From the NCBI RefSeq assembly GCF_902652985.1, contig NC_047022.1:43338001-43402000 (forward strand): a stretch of DNA of 64,000 bases, read 5' to 3'. The notes beneath the pieces are model-generated. The model was not told where the DNA came from, made no database searches, and was given only the letters and a program-made list of their open reading frames with translations. How positions within the stretch are numbered: position 1 is the stretch's first letter; each line of letters opens with the position of its first letter. The DNA is from Pecten maximus (Eukaryota). The translations under genes and the position numbers were made by a program. This document shows positions 12,868 through 27,500 of the stretch, one piece after another.

Positions 12868-14682
12868 TGTCAGAACAGTTACCTTCCAACTGCAAACATA
12901 TTAGTATATAGGTATGAAGTGCTAAACATAGAATTTACTGATATTTGCTGTTGTTTGATGTCAGAAATCATCAGTTTATCTACAAACTCAATCTATAAAA
13001 TATGATGTCATATTATGTTCTGTTTACATTACTCAGGGTAAGATGATTGATGTCAGTCGTTGAATTCAATTAAAACCATCTAAATCACTGCAATTACTTA
13101 ATGTCAGTCGAGTTGTAATGATGTATACGTGTCTAACTCAATAACTTAATGTCAGTCGAGTTGTAATGATATATACGTGTCTAACTCAGGGTACCGGGTA
13201 TGTAATCGATTAATTTGCTAAACACGTAATAAACGACATCGCTTCAGTATTTCGGCTCCGTGTTCTAGTTAACGTATTTAACTCAGGGTGTTGTTAATCG
13301 TATTACTGCCGATAGTTCATATTGTCGCGACTGTTATTTCAGTTCTAATCGCGAAAGACACAATGTCATTATTTCCTGCTGGTTTCTAGTTTAAGATCTT
13401 TTTTTCTGTAGAGTTAGTATGAAAACAAAATTTCTTGAAATTTAATTGATTTCAGTATAGTGATAACGATATGGTCGATGTTTAAACGGGTTTTAAATTT
13501 TAGGGAGATTTTTCAACAAATGAAAACGAATTATACACACACAAAAAAATGTTTAATTTTAATTTGTTTAAACATTTCCGTGTGGACGCCTACATGTATG
13601 TATGCATTGTAATCTGTGGTAAGTGGTTGATCAAACTCGTGACACACACATACATCATGTTGAATGTTAAAGTGTTTAAGGAAATACAGTTGATAACAGG
13701 AAACATGTCGTGTTTTAGCTGACTTATAAAGTTTGTTGTTAGCACACACTCGGGATTTGTGTATTAAAAGGTCACATTATCTAGAGGTCGGCGATAGATC
13801 AATGACTGAAGGGATTAGGGTACAATTACAAAATAATACACAAATAATATAACTTACATATATCTTATAGTATGTATGCTTACCTTGTGATGGGAAATGG
13901 TTGTTTTATTTACAGTTATCTCAATAACACTGTTGATATCTTGCTGTAGTATGTTTTAATTATGGAACTGTTTTGAGTAATAGATACAATTGTCGTACAT
14001 TGTGTGTGACGCGTCAGGTCTGCAATACTCTGTGTTTAAATCATTGCTTGGAGCAGTGTACATAGTGAAAATGTAAGTTGTTTATTTTTCTAAATAAAAT
14101 GTTGAGTTTAAGACAATGGATTATTACTTGTCCGCATATACCGTAGTAGATATTGTTTATATTACAGAAAACGTTCATCCTATTGACATGGCACGACAAC
14201 ACCTCCCGCGATAACAATATACAGCTGTATAATGATTACATTATATACTATTTGTCTAGCACATGGCATTCGTCTATGAAGGTCTTGGTTGCGAATTGAT
14301 CCTTTTTTTCCCGGTTGACACTTTTCCGTGAAAACCCAGTTCCTTTGAAATTGATTGAACGGGTTTCCTCCTTGTCATCAACAACAGCAACTTATCTTAC
14401 AGCATTGAATACAAGAGTGTCACCTATACCGATTCAGTGTGATGAAGGTAATTAAAACATAAGGTCAGAAACTATCATATACCTGTTTGTGAAAATTATG
14501 GTGAGGATTTAGAGGTTTGACTGTTGATAAAGGGTGGTGTTTAGGGAGAGTCCTAGGAGAGAGTATCCTTGTCATCATTAGAAAAGCAAACACGGAATCA
14601 AAAAAATGAAAAGTACTCACAAGAATTCCAAAGAGAAACCAGAAAATCATCCGGGGTATGTTGTGGTAAGGTAAATAGAGAT

Positions 14683-14840
14683 TAGTAGTCTAAATCTGAG
14701 ATTTAATAAACTATTAAAATGGCGGTTAGTAGTCTAAATCTGACATTTAATAAACCATTGAAATGGCGGTTAGTAGTCTAAAACTGAGATTCAATTAACT
14801 AGTGAAATGGCGGTAAGAAGTCTGAATCTGAGATTTAATA
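14683..14840. repeat. About 46-bp tandem repeat, about 3.5 copies
   Basis: Variants of tagtagtctaaatctgagatttaataaactattaaaatggcggt. Confidence 0.75.
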
Positions 14841-14897
14841 ATGAATAGTATATTGTAATTCGATGTTGACCTGGTTCCGTATTTCGGAGTGGCTATA

Positions 14898-17800
14898 TCA
14901 GTGATGTCCACAGGTTCCTGTAATTAAACAAGCATTGTTTGCATGACGATGGGTATTGTATTACAAAATCACTTATTCGGACACGAAACCAGAATATCAA
15001 CAACAAATCAGTTACCAATTCAAATTCCAGGTCATACAGATGTCCTTGCGATTTTTTTTAAATCAAATAGCCTGTATATTTAATTCACTCTCGTTGTATT
15101 TGGCTACCTTGCCATATAAATTACAGAACACAGCTGCAAATCCATGTTTTAAATATTTTCGACATAAAAAACTCCGGTTTGTATCGGTATAATAAAACGG
15201 GTATGATATGAGATTTAAGGAAATATAGTCAGTTTCTGGCTCCACTCGACCATGCCTATTTCCACGCATCAGCTTCGCTTTGGGAAATAGACCCGGTTCG
15301 GGAAACTGGAGAGTTGCTATATCCCTCATCCCCGTATTTTAACTGTACTAACACATCTCTCTTGCAAACCATTGTATCAACGAATCTCGGTATAAGGGAG
15401 ATAACTGTTTTTGGTGTATTCAAAATATTCTCTTTTGCTTTGGAAATGTAAACGAATAGTTTTTTTATGATCCCATGAATTAAATATATCATTGGTTAAG
15501 GTATCTGTATAAATGTTGTCATATTATTTGTTTCACTGTTAAGATATCAATAGTATAGGTATCTATTATTTGCTTCGCTATAAAAATGGCATTTGAAGCA
15601 TTTGGTGGTTCTCTTTGCTCGCAACCGAATTTACTGTTGGCATGGAATGCTTTTCAAATAATGTAATGTCCTGACCCAAAATTATATCTTTATTTTGTGT
15701 TAGTGATACTGGTTGCCTTCCAGTTGTTTAGGTCACATTCGTTCCTAACACTGTAGACAATTATACATGTCGTGTGCCCAGTACTAGGTTCTATGATTTC
15801 TATTAAAACTAGAATGCCTTTATACGAAGACTAAGCAATGTTGATGCGCTAATCCGCCATACAACACGACTTACCAGACTCGCCTATTGGAACCACGATG
15901 GTTCCGCTTCCTTTGCACACGAGACCGGGACCACACGGACATGCGTACTCCATACCGGTAGGGGGCGTATGGATATATCTAGCGTAACAACCTGTTGGAA
16001 AAAAATGTAAAAAAAATGAAAATCCAAATATATATATAGACATATACATAAATCTGATCTATTAAATATCTCATTTCGTCGATTAAACAAATATAACAAT
16101 TGCAATAACATATTTCGTTTAAATATCTACTTTATATTTTGTTTTCTATTTATTTTAATGTGCGTCTAATTCCGGAGGATTGGCAATTCATTATGGTATA
16201 CAGTAGGATAATGTGTTATTGTCCTAAATTTCCATATCAATGCTCTTGTAATGTATAATATTCAATTTGTGAACATAATTCTACCTTTTTGCGGGGTGGC
16301 TGGATAAATTGTTCATGATCAGTTAAAGTTTTTGTGCAAGTTTCTTCAGTAGAGTCTACACTTCAGTCACCTAATACGTTAATTACGTAATTCATGTGTA
16401 TGTTCTGGTAACTTATGTCTATGTTAGGGTAATCCATGTTTATGTTAGAGTAATTCATGTTTATGTTAGGGTAATTCATGTTGATGTTAGGGTAATCCAT
16501 GTTATGTTAGGGTAATCCATGTTTATGTTAGAGTAATCCATGTTTATGTAAGGGTAATCCATGTTTATGTTAGGGTAATTCATGTTTATGTTAGGGTAAT
16601 CCATGTTTATGTGAGGGTAATTCAGGTTTATGTTAGGGTAATCCATGTTTATGTTAGGGTTATTCATATTTATGTTAGGGTAATTCATGTTTATGTTCGG
16701 GTAATTCATATTTATGGTAGGGTAATTCATGTTTATGTTAGGGTAATTCATGTTGATGTTAGGGTAATCCATGTTTATGTTAGGGTAATTCATGTTTATG
16801 TTAGTATAAGTCATGTTGATGTGAGGGTAATTCATGTTTATGTTAGGGTAATCCATGTTGATGTATGGGTAATCCATGTTTATGTTAGGGTAATTCATGT
16901 TTATGTTAGGGTAATTCATGTTCATGTTAGGGTAATTCATGTTTATGTTAGGGTAATTCATGTTTATGTTCAGGTAATTCATGTTGATGTTAGGGTAAGT
17001 CATGTTGATGTGGGGGAAATCCATGTTTATGCTAGGGTAATTCATGTTTATGTTAGGGTAATCCATGTTTATGTTTGGGTAATCCATGTTTATGTTAGGG
17101 TAATCCATGTTTATGTTAGGGTAATCCATGTTTATGTTAGGGTAATTCATGTTTATTTTAGGGTAATTCATGTTGATGTTAGGGTAATTCATGTCTATGT
17201 TAGGGTAATTCATGTTGATGTTAGGGTAATTCATGTCTATGTTAGGGTAATCCATGTTTATGTTAGGGTAATTCATGTTTATGTTAGGGTAATTCATGTT
17301 TATGTTAGGGTAATTCATGTTGATGTTAGGGTAATCCATGTTTATGTTAGGGTAATCCATGTTGATGTGAGGGTAATTCATATTTATGTTAGGGTAATCC
17401 ATGTTTATGTTAGGGTAATTCATGTTTATGTTAGGATAATTCATGTCTATGTTAGGGTAATTCATGTTGATGTTTGGGTAATCCATGTTTATGTTAGGTT
17501 AATTCATGTTTATGTTAGGGTAATTCATGTTGATGTGAGGGTAATCCATGTTTATGTTAGGGTAAGTCATGTTTATGTTAGAGTAATCCATGTTTATGGT
17601 GGTGTAATTCATGTTTATGTTAGGGTAATTCATGTTTATGTTAGGGTAATTCATGTTTATGTTTGGGTAATCCATGTTTATGTTAGGGTAATCCATGTTT
17701 ATGTTAGGGTAATTCATGTTCATGTTAGGGTAATTCATGTTCATGTTAGGGTAATTCATGTTCATGTTAGGGTAATTCATGTTTATGTTAGGGTAATCCA

Positions 17801-19893
17801 TGTTTATGTTTGGGTAATCCATGTTTATGTTAGGGTAATTCATGTTCATGTTAGGGTAATTCATGTTCATGTTAGGGTAATTCATGTTTATGTTAGTATA
17901 AGTCATGTTGATGTGAGGGTAATTCATGTTTATGTTAGGGTAATCCATGTTGATGTATGGGTAATCCATGTTTATGTTAGGGTAATTCATGTTTATGTTA
18001 GGGTAATTCATGTTCATGTTAGGGTAATTCATGTTTATGTTAGGGTAATTCATGTTTATGTTCAGGTAATTCATGTTGATGTTAGGATAAGTCATGTTGA
18101 TGTGGGGGAAATCCATGTTTATGCTAGGGTAATTCATGTTTATGTTAGGGTAATCCATGTTTATGTTAGGGTAATTCATGTTTATGTTAGGGTAATTCAT
18201 GTTTATGTTAGGGTAATCCATGTTAATATTAGGGTAATCCATGTTTATGTTTGGGTAATTCATATTTATGTTAGGGTAATCCATGTTTATGTTAGGGTAA
18301 TCCATGTTTATGTTTGGGTAATCCATGTTTATGTTAGGGTAATCCATGTTTATGGTAGGGTAATTCACGTTTATGGTAGGGTAATCCACGTTTATGTTAG
18401 GGTAATACATGTTTATGGTAGGGTAATCCATGTTTATGTTAGAGTAATTCATGTTTAAGTTAGGGTAATCCATGTTTATGTTAGGGTAATCCATGTTTAT
18501 GTTAGGGTAATTCATGTTTATGTTAGGGTAATCCATGTTTATGGTAGGGTAATCCATGTTTATGTTAGGGTAATCCATGTTTATGTTAGGGTAATCCATG
18601 TTTATGTTAGGGTAATCCATGTTTATGTTAGGTTAATTCATGTTGATGTTAGGGTAATTCATGTTCATGTTAGGGTAATTCATGTTGATGTTAGGGTAAT
18701 CCATGTTTATGTTAGGGTAATTCATGTTTATGTTAAGGTAATTCATGTTGATGTGAGGGTAATCCATGTTTATGTAATGGTAATTCGTGTTTATGTTAGG
18801 GTAATTCATGTTTATGTTAGGGTAATCCATGTTTATGTTAGGGTAATCCATGTTGATGTTAGGGTAATCCATGTTTATGTTGGGGTAATTCATGTTTATG
18901 TTGGGGTAATCCATGTTTATGTTGGGGTAATTCATGTTTATGTTGGGGTAATTCATATTTATGTTAGGGTAATTCATGTTGATGTTAGGGTAATTCATGT
19001 TGATGTTAGGGTAATCCATGTTTATGTTAGGGTAATCCATGTTTATGTTAGAGTAATCCATGTTTATGTTAGAGTAATCCATGTTTATGTTAGGGTTATT
19101 CAGGTTTATGTTAGGGTAATTCATGTTTATGTTAGGGTAATCCATGTTTATGTTAGGGTAATTCATGTTGATGTTAGGGTAATCCATGTTTATGTTAGGG
19201 TAATCCATGTTTATGTTAGGGTAATCCACGTTTATGTTAGGGTAATCCATGTTTATGGTAGGGTAATTCATGTTGATGTTAGGGTAATTCATGTTTATGT
19301 TAGGGTAATCCATGTTTATGTTTGGGTAATCCATGTTTATGTTAGGGTAATCCATGTTTATGTTAGGGTAATCCATGTTTATGGTAGGGTAATTAATGTT
19401 TATGGTAGGGTAATATTCATGTTTATGTTTGGGCCATGTATAACTCCTGACATCACTGACGAATCCTAGACAGACGAAGCGACTATTATGATGTAGTTCA
19501 TCGGCGTATAATGTTGTTCAAAAATGTTACATTGTTGTATTAAGTTCTTTCTTAGACAATGTGAAGATTTCACATCCATTATATAATGTCGACCTTAGAT
19601 CTAGTGAATGATATTGTGCAAAATATAAACACAGGAGCTGTAGGTTTATTATGAAATTGCTTACACAATCGACGAATTCCAATTAGCTTTTCCCACATTA
19701 AGTGTTAAATTGCATTTCAAGGTTGTTTTTTAACAGTAATTCTTATCATGTACTTACTAGAACCATCCTGGCCCAATGGCCGACAGGTACCAGCCGCCAT
19801 GAGACCTCGCTTTCCAATCGGCTGGTTGTTTGCTACACAACATTCGCCATGCCCACAATCTGAGGCAGATGTACAGTCCTCTGCTGAGACAAA
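14898..19893 (-). CDS. Prokineticin/astakine-like (colipase-fold) 10-Cys secreted peptide, paralogue A; signal-peptide exon not found
   Basis: Exons 19893-19758, 15991-15875 and 14917-14898, with canonical AG/GT and phases 0/1/1. Translation [90 protein letters not shown]. Cys pattern C-x5-C-x4-CC-x17-C-x9-C-x15-CPC-x5-C-x15-C. Confidence 0.88.
16410..19430. repeat. 21-bp minisatellite containing TTAGGG, about 140 copies, in an intron of paralogue A
   Basis: Unit catgtttatgttagggtaat(t/c). Source of the MDYPNIN and RVIHVYV ORFs. Confidence 0.97.
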
Positions 19894-20293
19894 CTACAAA
19901 GGAAAGGAGTGCAATAAATGTACAGAAACTAACGTATACATAATCACATTTGAACATGTTAGTATGTAAAGAAAAGTTATTACAATTGATTAAATATATA
20001 TTGTTGACAAATTTTTTTTTTTCATTTTGAAATGTTTTTATTCATCCTTTTGCATTATTGTGAGTACATCAAATACATAGAAAAAGCATTAATTATAGAA
20101 TATGACAAAACAAATTGATTTGCGGTATTTTAGATAACTACATTTCTCAGGATTTTGTAAATTTGAAGCATGAAACAAAGACAATGACACTAAACCTATC
20201 ACGTTAACCTTTTTATTTCACCTTTATCGAAGTTTCGTGTGCAATATTTTGTTTTCTATCCATCATGATTAACTAATACGAGTCATCTTAAAT

Positions 20294-23200
20294 GATCTCC
20301 TGTGTCAGTAGATAGGTAACCGAGTCACTGTCACAACATTTATATAATGTTTAATCTCCTGTGTCAGTAGATAGAGAACCGAGTCACTGTCACAACATTT
20401 ATATGATGTTTAATCTCCTGTCAGTAGATAGAGAACCGAGTCACTGTCACAACATGTATATGATGTTTAATCTCCTGTGTCTGTAGATAGAGAACCGAGT
20501 CACTGTCACAACATTTATATGATGTTTAATCTCCAGTGTCAGTATAGAGAACCGAGTCACTGTCACAACATGTATATGATGTTTAATCTCCTGTGTCAGT
20601 AGATAGAGAACCGAGTCACTGTCACAACATTTATATGATGTTTAATCTCCTGTGTCAGTAGATAGAGAACCGAGTCACTGTCACAACATTTATATGATGT
20701 TTAATCTCCAGTGTCAGTATAGAGAACCGAGTCATTGTCACAACATTTATATGATGTTTAATCTCCTGTCAGTAGATAGAGAACCGAGTCACTGTCACAA
20801 CATTTATATGATGTTTAATCTCCTGTGTCAGTATAGAGAACCGAGTCACTGTCACAACATTTATATGATGTTTAATCTCCTGTGTCAGTAGATAGAGAAC
20901 CGAGTCACTGTCACAACATTTATATGATGTTTAATCTCCTGTGTCAGTAGATAGAGAACCGAGTCACGGTCACAACATTTATATGATGTTTAATCTCCTG
21001 TGTCAGTAGATAGAGAACCGAGTCACCGTCACAACATTTATATGATGTTTAATCTCCTGTGTCAGTAGATAGAGAACCGAGTCACTGTCACAACATTTAT
21101 ATGATGTTTAATCCCCTGTGTCAGTAGATAGAGAACCGAGTCACTGTCACAACATTTATATGATGTTTAATCTCCTGTCAGTAGATAGAGAACCGAGTCA
21201 CTGTCACACCATTTATATGATGTTTAATCTCCAGTGTCAGTATAGAGAACCGAGTCACTGTCACAACATTTATATGATGTTTAATCTCCTGTGTCGGTAG
21301 ATAGAGAACCGAGTCACTGTCACAACATTTATATGATGTTTAATCTCCTGTGTCAGTAGATAGAGAACCGAGTCACCGTCACAACATTTATATGATGTTT
21401 AATCTCCTGTGTCAGTAGATAGAGAACCGAGTCACTGTCACAACATTTATATGATGTTTAATCTCCTGTGTCAGTAGATAGAGAACCGAGTCACTGTCAC
21501 AACATTTATATGATGTTTAATCTCCTGTGTCAGTATAGAGAACCGAGTCACTGTCACAACATTTATATGATGTTTAATCTCCTGTGTCAGTAGATAGAGA
21601 ACCGAGTCACTGTCACAACATTTATATGATGTTTAATCTCCTGTGTCAGTAGATAGAGAACCGAGTCACTGTCACAACATTTATATAATGTTTAATCTCC
21701 AGTGTCAGTAGATAGAGAACCGAGTCAGTCACAACATTTATATGATGTTTAATCTCCAGTGTCAGTATAGAGAACCGAGTCACTGTCACAACATTTATAT
21801 GATGTTTAATCTCCAGTGTCAGTAGATAGAGAACCGAGTCAGTCACAACATTTATATGATGTTTAATCTCCAGTGTCAGTATAGAGAACCGAGTCACTGT
21901 CACAACATTTATATGATGTTTAATCTCCAGTGTCAGTAGATAGAGAACCGAGTCACTGTCACAACATTTATATGATGTTTAATCTCCTGTGTCAGTATAG
22001 AGAACCGAGTCACTGTCACAACATTTATATGATGTTTAATCTCCTGTGTCAGTAGATAGAGAACCGAGTCACTGTCACAACATTTATATGATGTTTAATC
22101 TCCTGTGTCAGTAGATAGAGAACCGAGTCACCGTCACAACATTTATATGATGTTTAATCTCCTGTGTCAGTAGATAGAGAACCGAGTCACTGTCACAACA
22201 TTTATATGATGTTTAATCCCCTGTGTCAGTAGATAGAGAACCGAGTCACTGTCACAACATTTATATGATGTTTAATCTCCTGTCAGTAGATAGAGAACCG
22301 AGTCACTGTCACACCATTTATATGATGTTTAATCTCCAGTGTCAGTATAGAGAACCGAGTCACTGTCACAACATTTATATGATGTTTAATCTCCTGTGTC
22401 GGTAGATAGAGAACCGAGTCACTGTCACAACATTTATATGATGTTTAATCTCCTGTGTCAGTAGATAGAGAACCGAGTCACTGTCACAACATTTATATGA
22501 TGTTTAATCTCCTGTGTCAGTAGATAGAGAACCGAGTCACCGTCACAACATTTATATGATGTTTAATCTCCTGTGTCAGTATAGAGAACCGAGTCACTGT
22601 CACAACATTTATATGATGTTTAATCTCCTGTCAGTAGATAGAGAACCGAGTCACTGTCACACCATTTATATGATGTTTAATCTCCAGTGTCAGTAGATAG
22701 AGAACCGAGTCACTGTCACAACATTTATATGGTGTTTAATATCCTGTCAGTAGATAGAGAACCGAGTCACTGTCACAACATTTATATGATGTTTAATCTC
22801 CTGTCAGTAGATAGAGAACCGAGTCACTGTCACAACATTTATATGATGTTTAATCTCCTGTGTCAGTAGATAGAGAACCGAGTCACTGTCACAACATTTA
22901 TATGATGTTTAATCTCCTGTGTCAGTATAGAGAACCGAGTCACTGTCACAACATTTATATGATGTTTAATCTCCTGTCAGTAGATAGAGAACCGAGTCAC
23001 TGTCACACCATTTATATGATGTTTAATCTCCAGTGTCAGTATAGAGAACCGAGTCACTGTCACAACATTTATATGATGTTTAATCTCCTGTGTCGGTAGA
23101 TAGAGAACCGAGTCACTGTCACAACATTTATATGATGTTTAATCTCCTGTGTCAGTAGATAGAGAACCGAGTCACTGTCACAACATTTATATGATGTTTA

Positions 23201-24070
23201 ATCTCCTGTGTCAGTAGATAGAGAACCGAGTCACCGTCACAACATTTATATGATGTTTAATCTCCTGTCAGTAGATAGAGAACCGAGTCACTGTCACAAC
23301 ATTTATATAATGTTTAATCTCCAGTGTCAGTAGATAGAGAACCGAGTCAGTCACAACATTTATATGATGTTTAATCTCCAGTGTCAGTATAGAGAACCGA
23401 GTCACTGTCACAACATTTATATGATGTTTAATCTCCAGTGTCAGTAGATAGAGAACCGAGTCAGTCACAACATTTATATGATGTTTAATCTCCAGTGTCA
23501 GTATAGAGAACCGAGTCACTGTCACAACATTTATATGATGTTTAATCTCCTGTGTCAGTAGATAGAGAACCGAGTCACTGTCACAACATTTATATGATGT
23601 TTAATCTCCAGTGTCAGTAGATAGAGAACCGAGTCACTGTCACAACATTTATATGATGTTTAATCTCCTGTGTCAGTAGATAGGGAACCGAGTCACTGTC
23701 ACAACATTTATATGATGTTTAATCTCCTGTGTCAGTAGATAGAGAACCGAGTCATTGTCACAACATTTATATGATGTTTAATCTCCTGTGTCAGTAGATA
23801 GAGAACCGAGTCATTGTCACAACATTTATATGATGTTTAATCTCCTGTGTCAGTAGATAGAGAACCGAGTCACTGTCACAACAGTTATATGATGTTTAAT
23901 CTCCTGTGTCAGTAGATAGGGAACCGAGTCACTGTCACAACATTTATATGATGTTTAATCTCCTGTGCCAGTATAGAGAACCGAGTCACTGTCACAACAT
24001 TTATATAATGTTTAATCTCCAGTGTCAGTAGATAGAGAACCGAGTTACTGTCACAACATTTATATCATGT
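20294..24070. repeat. 59-bp minisatellite, about 64 copies
   Basis: Unit atctcctgtgtcagtagatagagaaccgagtcactgtcacaacatttatatgatgttta, with 57-bp variants. Confidence 0.97.
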
Positions 24071-24072
24071 TT

Positions 24073-24082
24073 CTTTTTATAC
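24073..24082 (-). promoter_or_regulatory. Candidate TATA box upstream of paralogue A
   Basis: GTATAAAAAG on the minus strand, directly abutting the first unit of the 59-bp array. Confidence 0.3.
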
Positions 24083-24570
24083 TTAGGAGCCGTCAAACAC
24101 ATGTGATAAACGTCAACAATCAGTTGAATAATCTGATGTATAGAAAAATTACAACATCTGAATCGAATCTTAACATTGCTCACGGGTAATGTTCAATCAA
24201 ATGTTAACATTTCCCAGTGGGAATGTTCAATCAAATTTTATCAGTTCTTAGGGAGATTTTTTAATCAAATATTAACAATTTCTCAGTGGAAATGTTCAAG
24301 TAGGATTTCATTGGTTTATAAAATATGTTTTGACTGGATTTGCTGATTAGATTCTTCTTAAAAGACCGCCATTTATTATTGTGATTAGTTAATTGTTCGC
24401 ATTCAATTTATTTATTTTAAATCAGGACATGAAAACTGGATATGGAAAACCGGTGACTAAAAAATATCTATTTAAAGAACAAAACAACAAGAAATACTCA
24501 TTTATTCTTTATTTCGTTTACTTAAATATGGTATCCCGATACAAAATGGCGTTTCCAGTTTTATCATATT

Positions 24571-27500
24571 CTACAAGTGATGAGTGCAAACACCTGAAAA
24601 GCCATAGAGAAGAAACAAGTTAGTAGCATTTTTAGCTCAAGATACATTTAAAACAAATAAATGATGTACTTCACAGAGAGTCGTTTAGTGGAAATATTTC
24701 ATTTTAATTAAAAACGTCAATTTTTGCAATACAAGTAAATGAAAAATGAATTTACGTAACCGATAACTATTTACCTGATTCCCCAAGGGGTACCTCAAAA
24801 ACACCACTTCCTTTACACGTGAGGTGACCGTCACATGGACAAGAGGTTACGACGCCAGAGGGCGGTGTACTTGCACTTCCGTAACGGGTCAGGCAGTCTA
24901 GATATGACAAATATTTACATTGTAAGTTAATGTTTATCTTGTCCACACTACACCGCGGAAGTATTTTTTTCATCAACTCATTTGTTTATTTTGTAAATTC
25001 CATTACCATAAAGAGAAGTGTATTTTAATTAACGGAATTTCAAAAAGAAATGTTGGAATAAATTATTCCATTTGTAAATCGAAAATATATGTTAACTGCG
25101 AAAATATAACAATTTGTAAAATGATTATTTACATCTTTTTTATAATTCATGTATTGTTAAATCAAGTATCCAACAATAGAAACACACTCACGTGAGCCTT
25201 CCTTGCCCAGAGCCTGGCAGTGACCCGTTACAATAAGAAGCATCCGTTTCCCTATCGGCTGGTTGTTTGTAACACAGCATTCATTAGCTCGACAATCAAG
25301 GTGGGAGTGACATCCTTCTGACACACCAAACTGATTTAATAATGGTAACATACAGTAGTGGGAGTGACATCCTTCTGACACACCATACTGATTTAATAAT
25401 GGTAACATACAGTAGTGGGAGTGACATCCTTCTGACACACCATACTGATTAATAAGGTTAACATACAGTAGTATTTCGTGTGAATTTGGTCGATCTCCCG
25501 CATGGGTATGTACAGACTAAGGATCTATGTGATGCGTTTGATACCAACAGTTGTCAGGAACGTCAATATCTAATATGGATGTTATATGATGTTAGTAGAA
25601 TTGACGGAGGATCTAGGGGCCTGTAGTGTAGATACCTAGAGGGTGACGGAGGATCTAGGGGTCTGTAGTGTAGATACCTAGAGGGTGACGGAGGATCTAG
25701 GGGTCTGTAGTGTAGATACCTAGAGGTGACGGAGGATCTAGGGGTCTGTAGTGTGGATACCTAGAGGGTGACGGGGGATCTAGGGGTCTGTAGTGTAGAT
25801 ACCTAGAGGGTGACGGAGGATCTAGGGGTCTGTAGTGTAGATACATAGAGGGTGACGGAGGATCTAGGGGTCTGTAGTGTAGATACCTAGAGGTGACGGA
25901 GGATCTAGGGGTCTGTAGTGTAGATACCTAGAGGTGACGGAGGATCTAGGGGTCTGTAGTGTAGATACCTAGAGGGTGACGGAGGATCTAGGGGTCTGTA
26001 GTATAGATACCTAGTGGGTGACGGAGGATCTAGGGGTCTGTAGTGTAGATACCTAGAGGGTGACGGAGGATCTAAGGGCCTGTAGTGTAGATACCTAGAG
26101 GGTGACGGGGGATCTAGGGGTCTGTAGTGTAGATACCTAGAGGGTGACGGAGGATCTAGGGGTCTGTAGTGTAGATACCTAGAGGGTGACGGGGGATCTA
26201 GGGGTCTGTAGTGTAGATACCTAGAGGGTGACGGGGGATCTAGGGGTCTGTAGTGTAGATACCTAGAGGGTGACGGGGGATCTAGGGGTCTGTAGTGTAG
26301 ATACCTAGAGGGTGACGGAGGATCTAGGGGTCTGTAGTGTAGATACCTAGAGGGTGACGGATGATCTAGGGGTCTGTAGTGTAGATACCTAGAGGGTGAC
26401 GGGGGATCTAGGGGTCTGTAGTGTAGATACCTAGAGGGTGACGGGGGATCTAGAGGTCTGTAGTGTAGCTACCTAGAGGTGACGGAGGATCTAGGGGTCT
26501 GTAGTGTAGATACCTAGAGGGTGACGGGGGATCTAGGGGTCTGTAGTGTAGATACCTAGAGGGTGGCGGGGGATCTAGGGGTCTGTAGTGTAGATACCTA
26601 GAGGGTGACGGAGGATCTAGGGGTCTGTAGTGTAGATACCTAGAGGGTGACGGGGGATCTAGAGGTCTGTAGTGTAGCTACCTAGAGGTGACGGAGGATC
26701 TAGGGGTCTGTAGTGTAGATACCTAGAGGGTGACGGGGGATCTAGGGGTCTGTAGTGTAGATACCTAGAGGGTGGCGGGGGATCTAGGGGTCTGTAGTGT
26801 AGATACCTAGAGGGTGACGGAGGATCTAAGGGCCTGTAGTGTAGATACCTAGAGGTGACGGAGGATCTAGGGGTCTGTAGTGTAGATACCTAGAGGGTGA
26901 CGGAGGATCTAGGGGTCTGTAGTGTAGATACCTAGAGGTGACGGAGGATCTAGGGATCTGTAGTGTAGATACCTAGAGGGTGACGGGGGATCTAGGGGTC
27001 TGTAGTGTAGATACCTAGAGGGTGACGGATGATCTAGGGTTCTGTAGAGTAGATACCTAGAGGGTGACGGGGGATCTAGGGGTCTGTAGTGTAGATACCT
27101 AGAGGGTGACGGAGGATCTAGGGGTCCGTAGTGTAGATACATAGAGGGTGACGGGGGATCTAGGGGTCTGTAGTGTAGATACCTAGAGGTGACGGAGGAT
27201 CTAGGGGTCCGTAGTGTAGATACCTAGAGGGTGACGGAGGATCTAGGGGCCTGTAGTGTAGATACCTAGAGGGTGGCGGGGGATCTAGGGGTCTGTAGTG
27301 TAGATACCTAGAGAGTGACGGGGGATCTAGGGGCCTGTAGTGTAGATACCTAGAGAGTGACGGGGGATCTAGGGGTCTGTAGTGTAGATACCTAGAGGGT
27401 GACGGAGGATCTAGGGGCCTGTAGTGTAGATACCTAGAGGGTGACGGGGGATCTAGGGGTCTGTAGTGTAGATACCTAGAGGGTGACGGGGGATCTAGGG

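Noticed and set aside
11587-12904. 426-aa ORF and overlapping ORFs
   Set aside because: A 39-bp repeat, with a frameshift swapping the peptide mid-array.
16476-19469. Long ORFs (MDYPNIN)n and (RVIHVYV)n
   Set aside because: They are translations of a 21-bp intronic minisatellite, open on both strands with no unique sequence.
20294-24070. CRISPR-like regular arrays here and elsewhere
   Set aside because: Units are contiguous with no unique spacers, there are no cas genes, and the context is eukaryotic.
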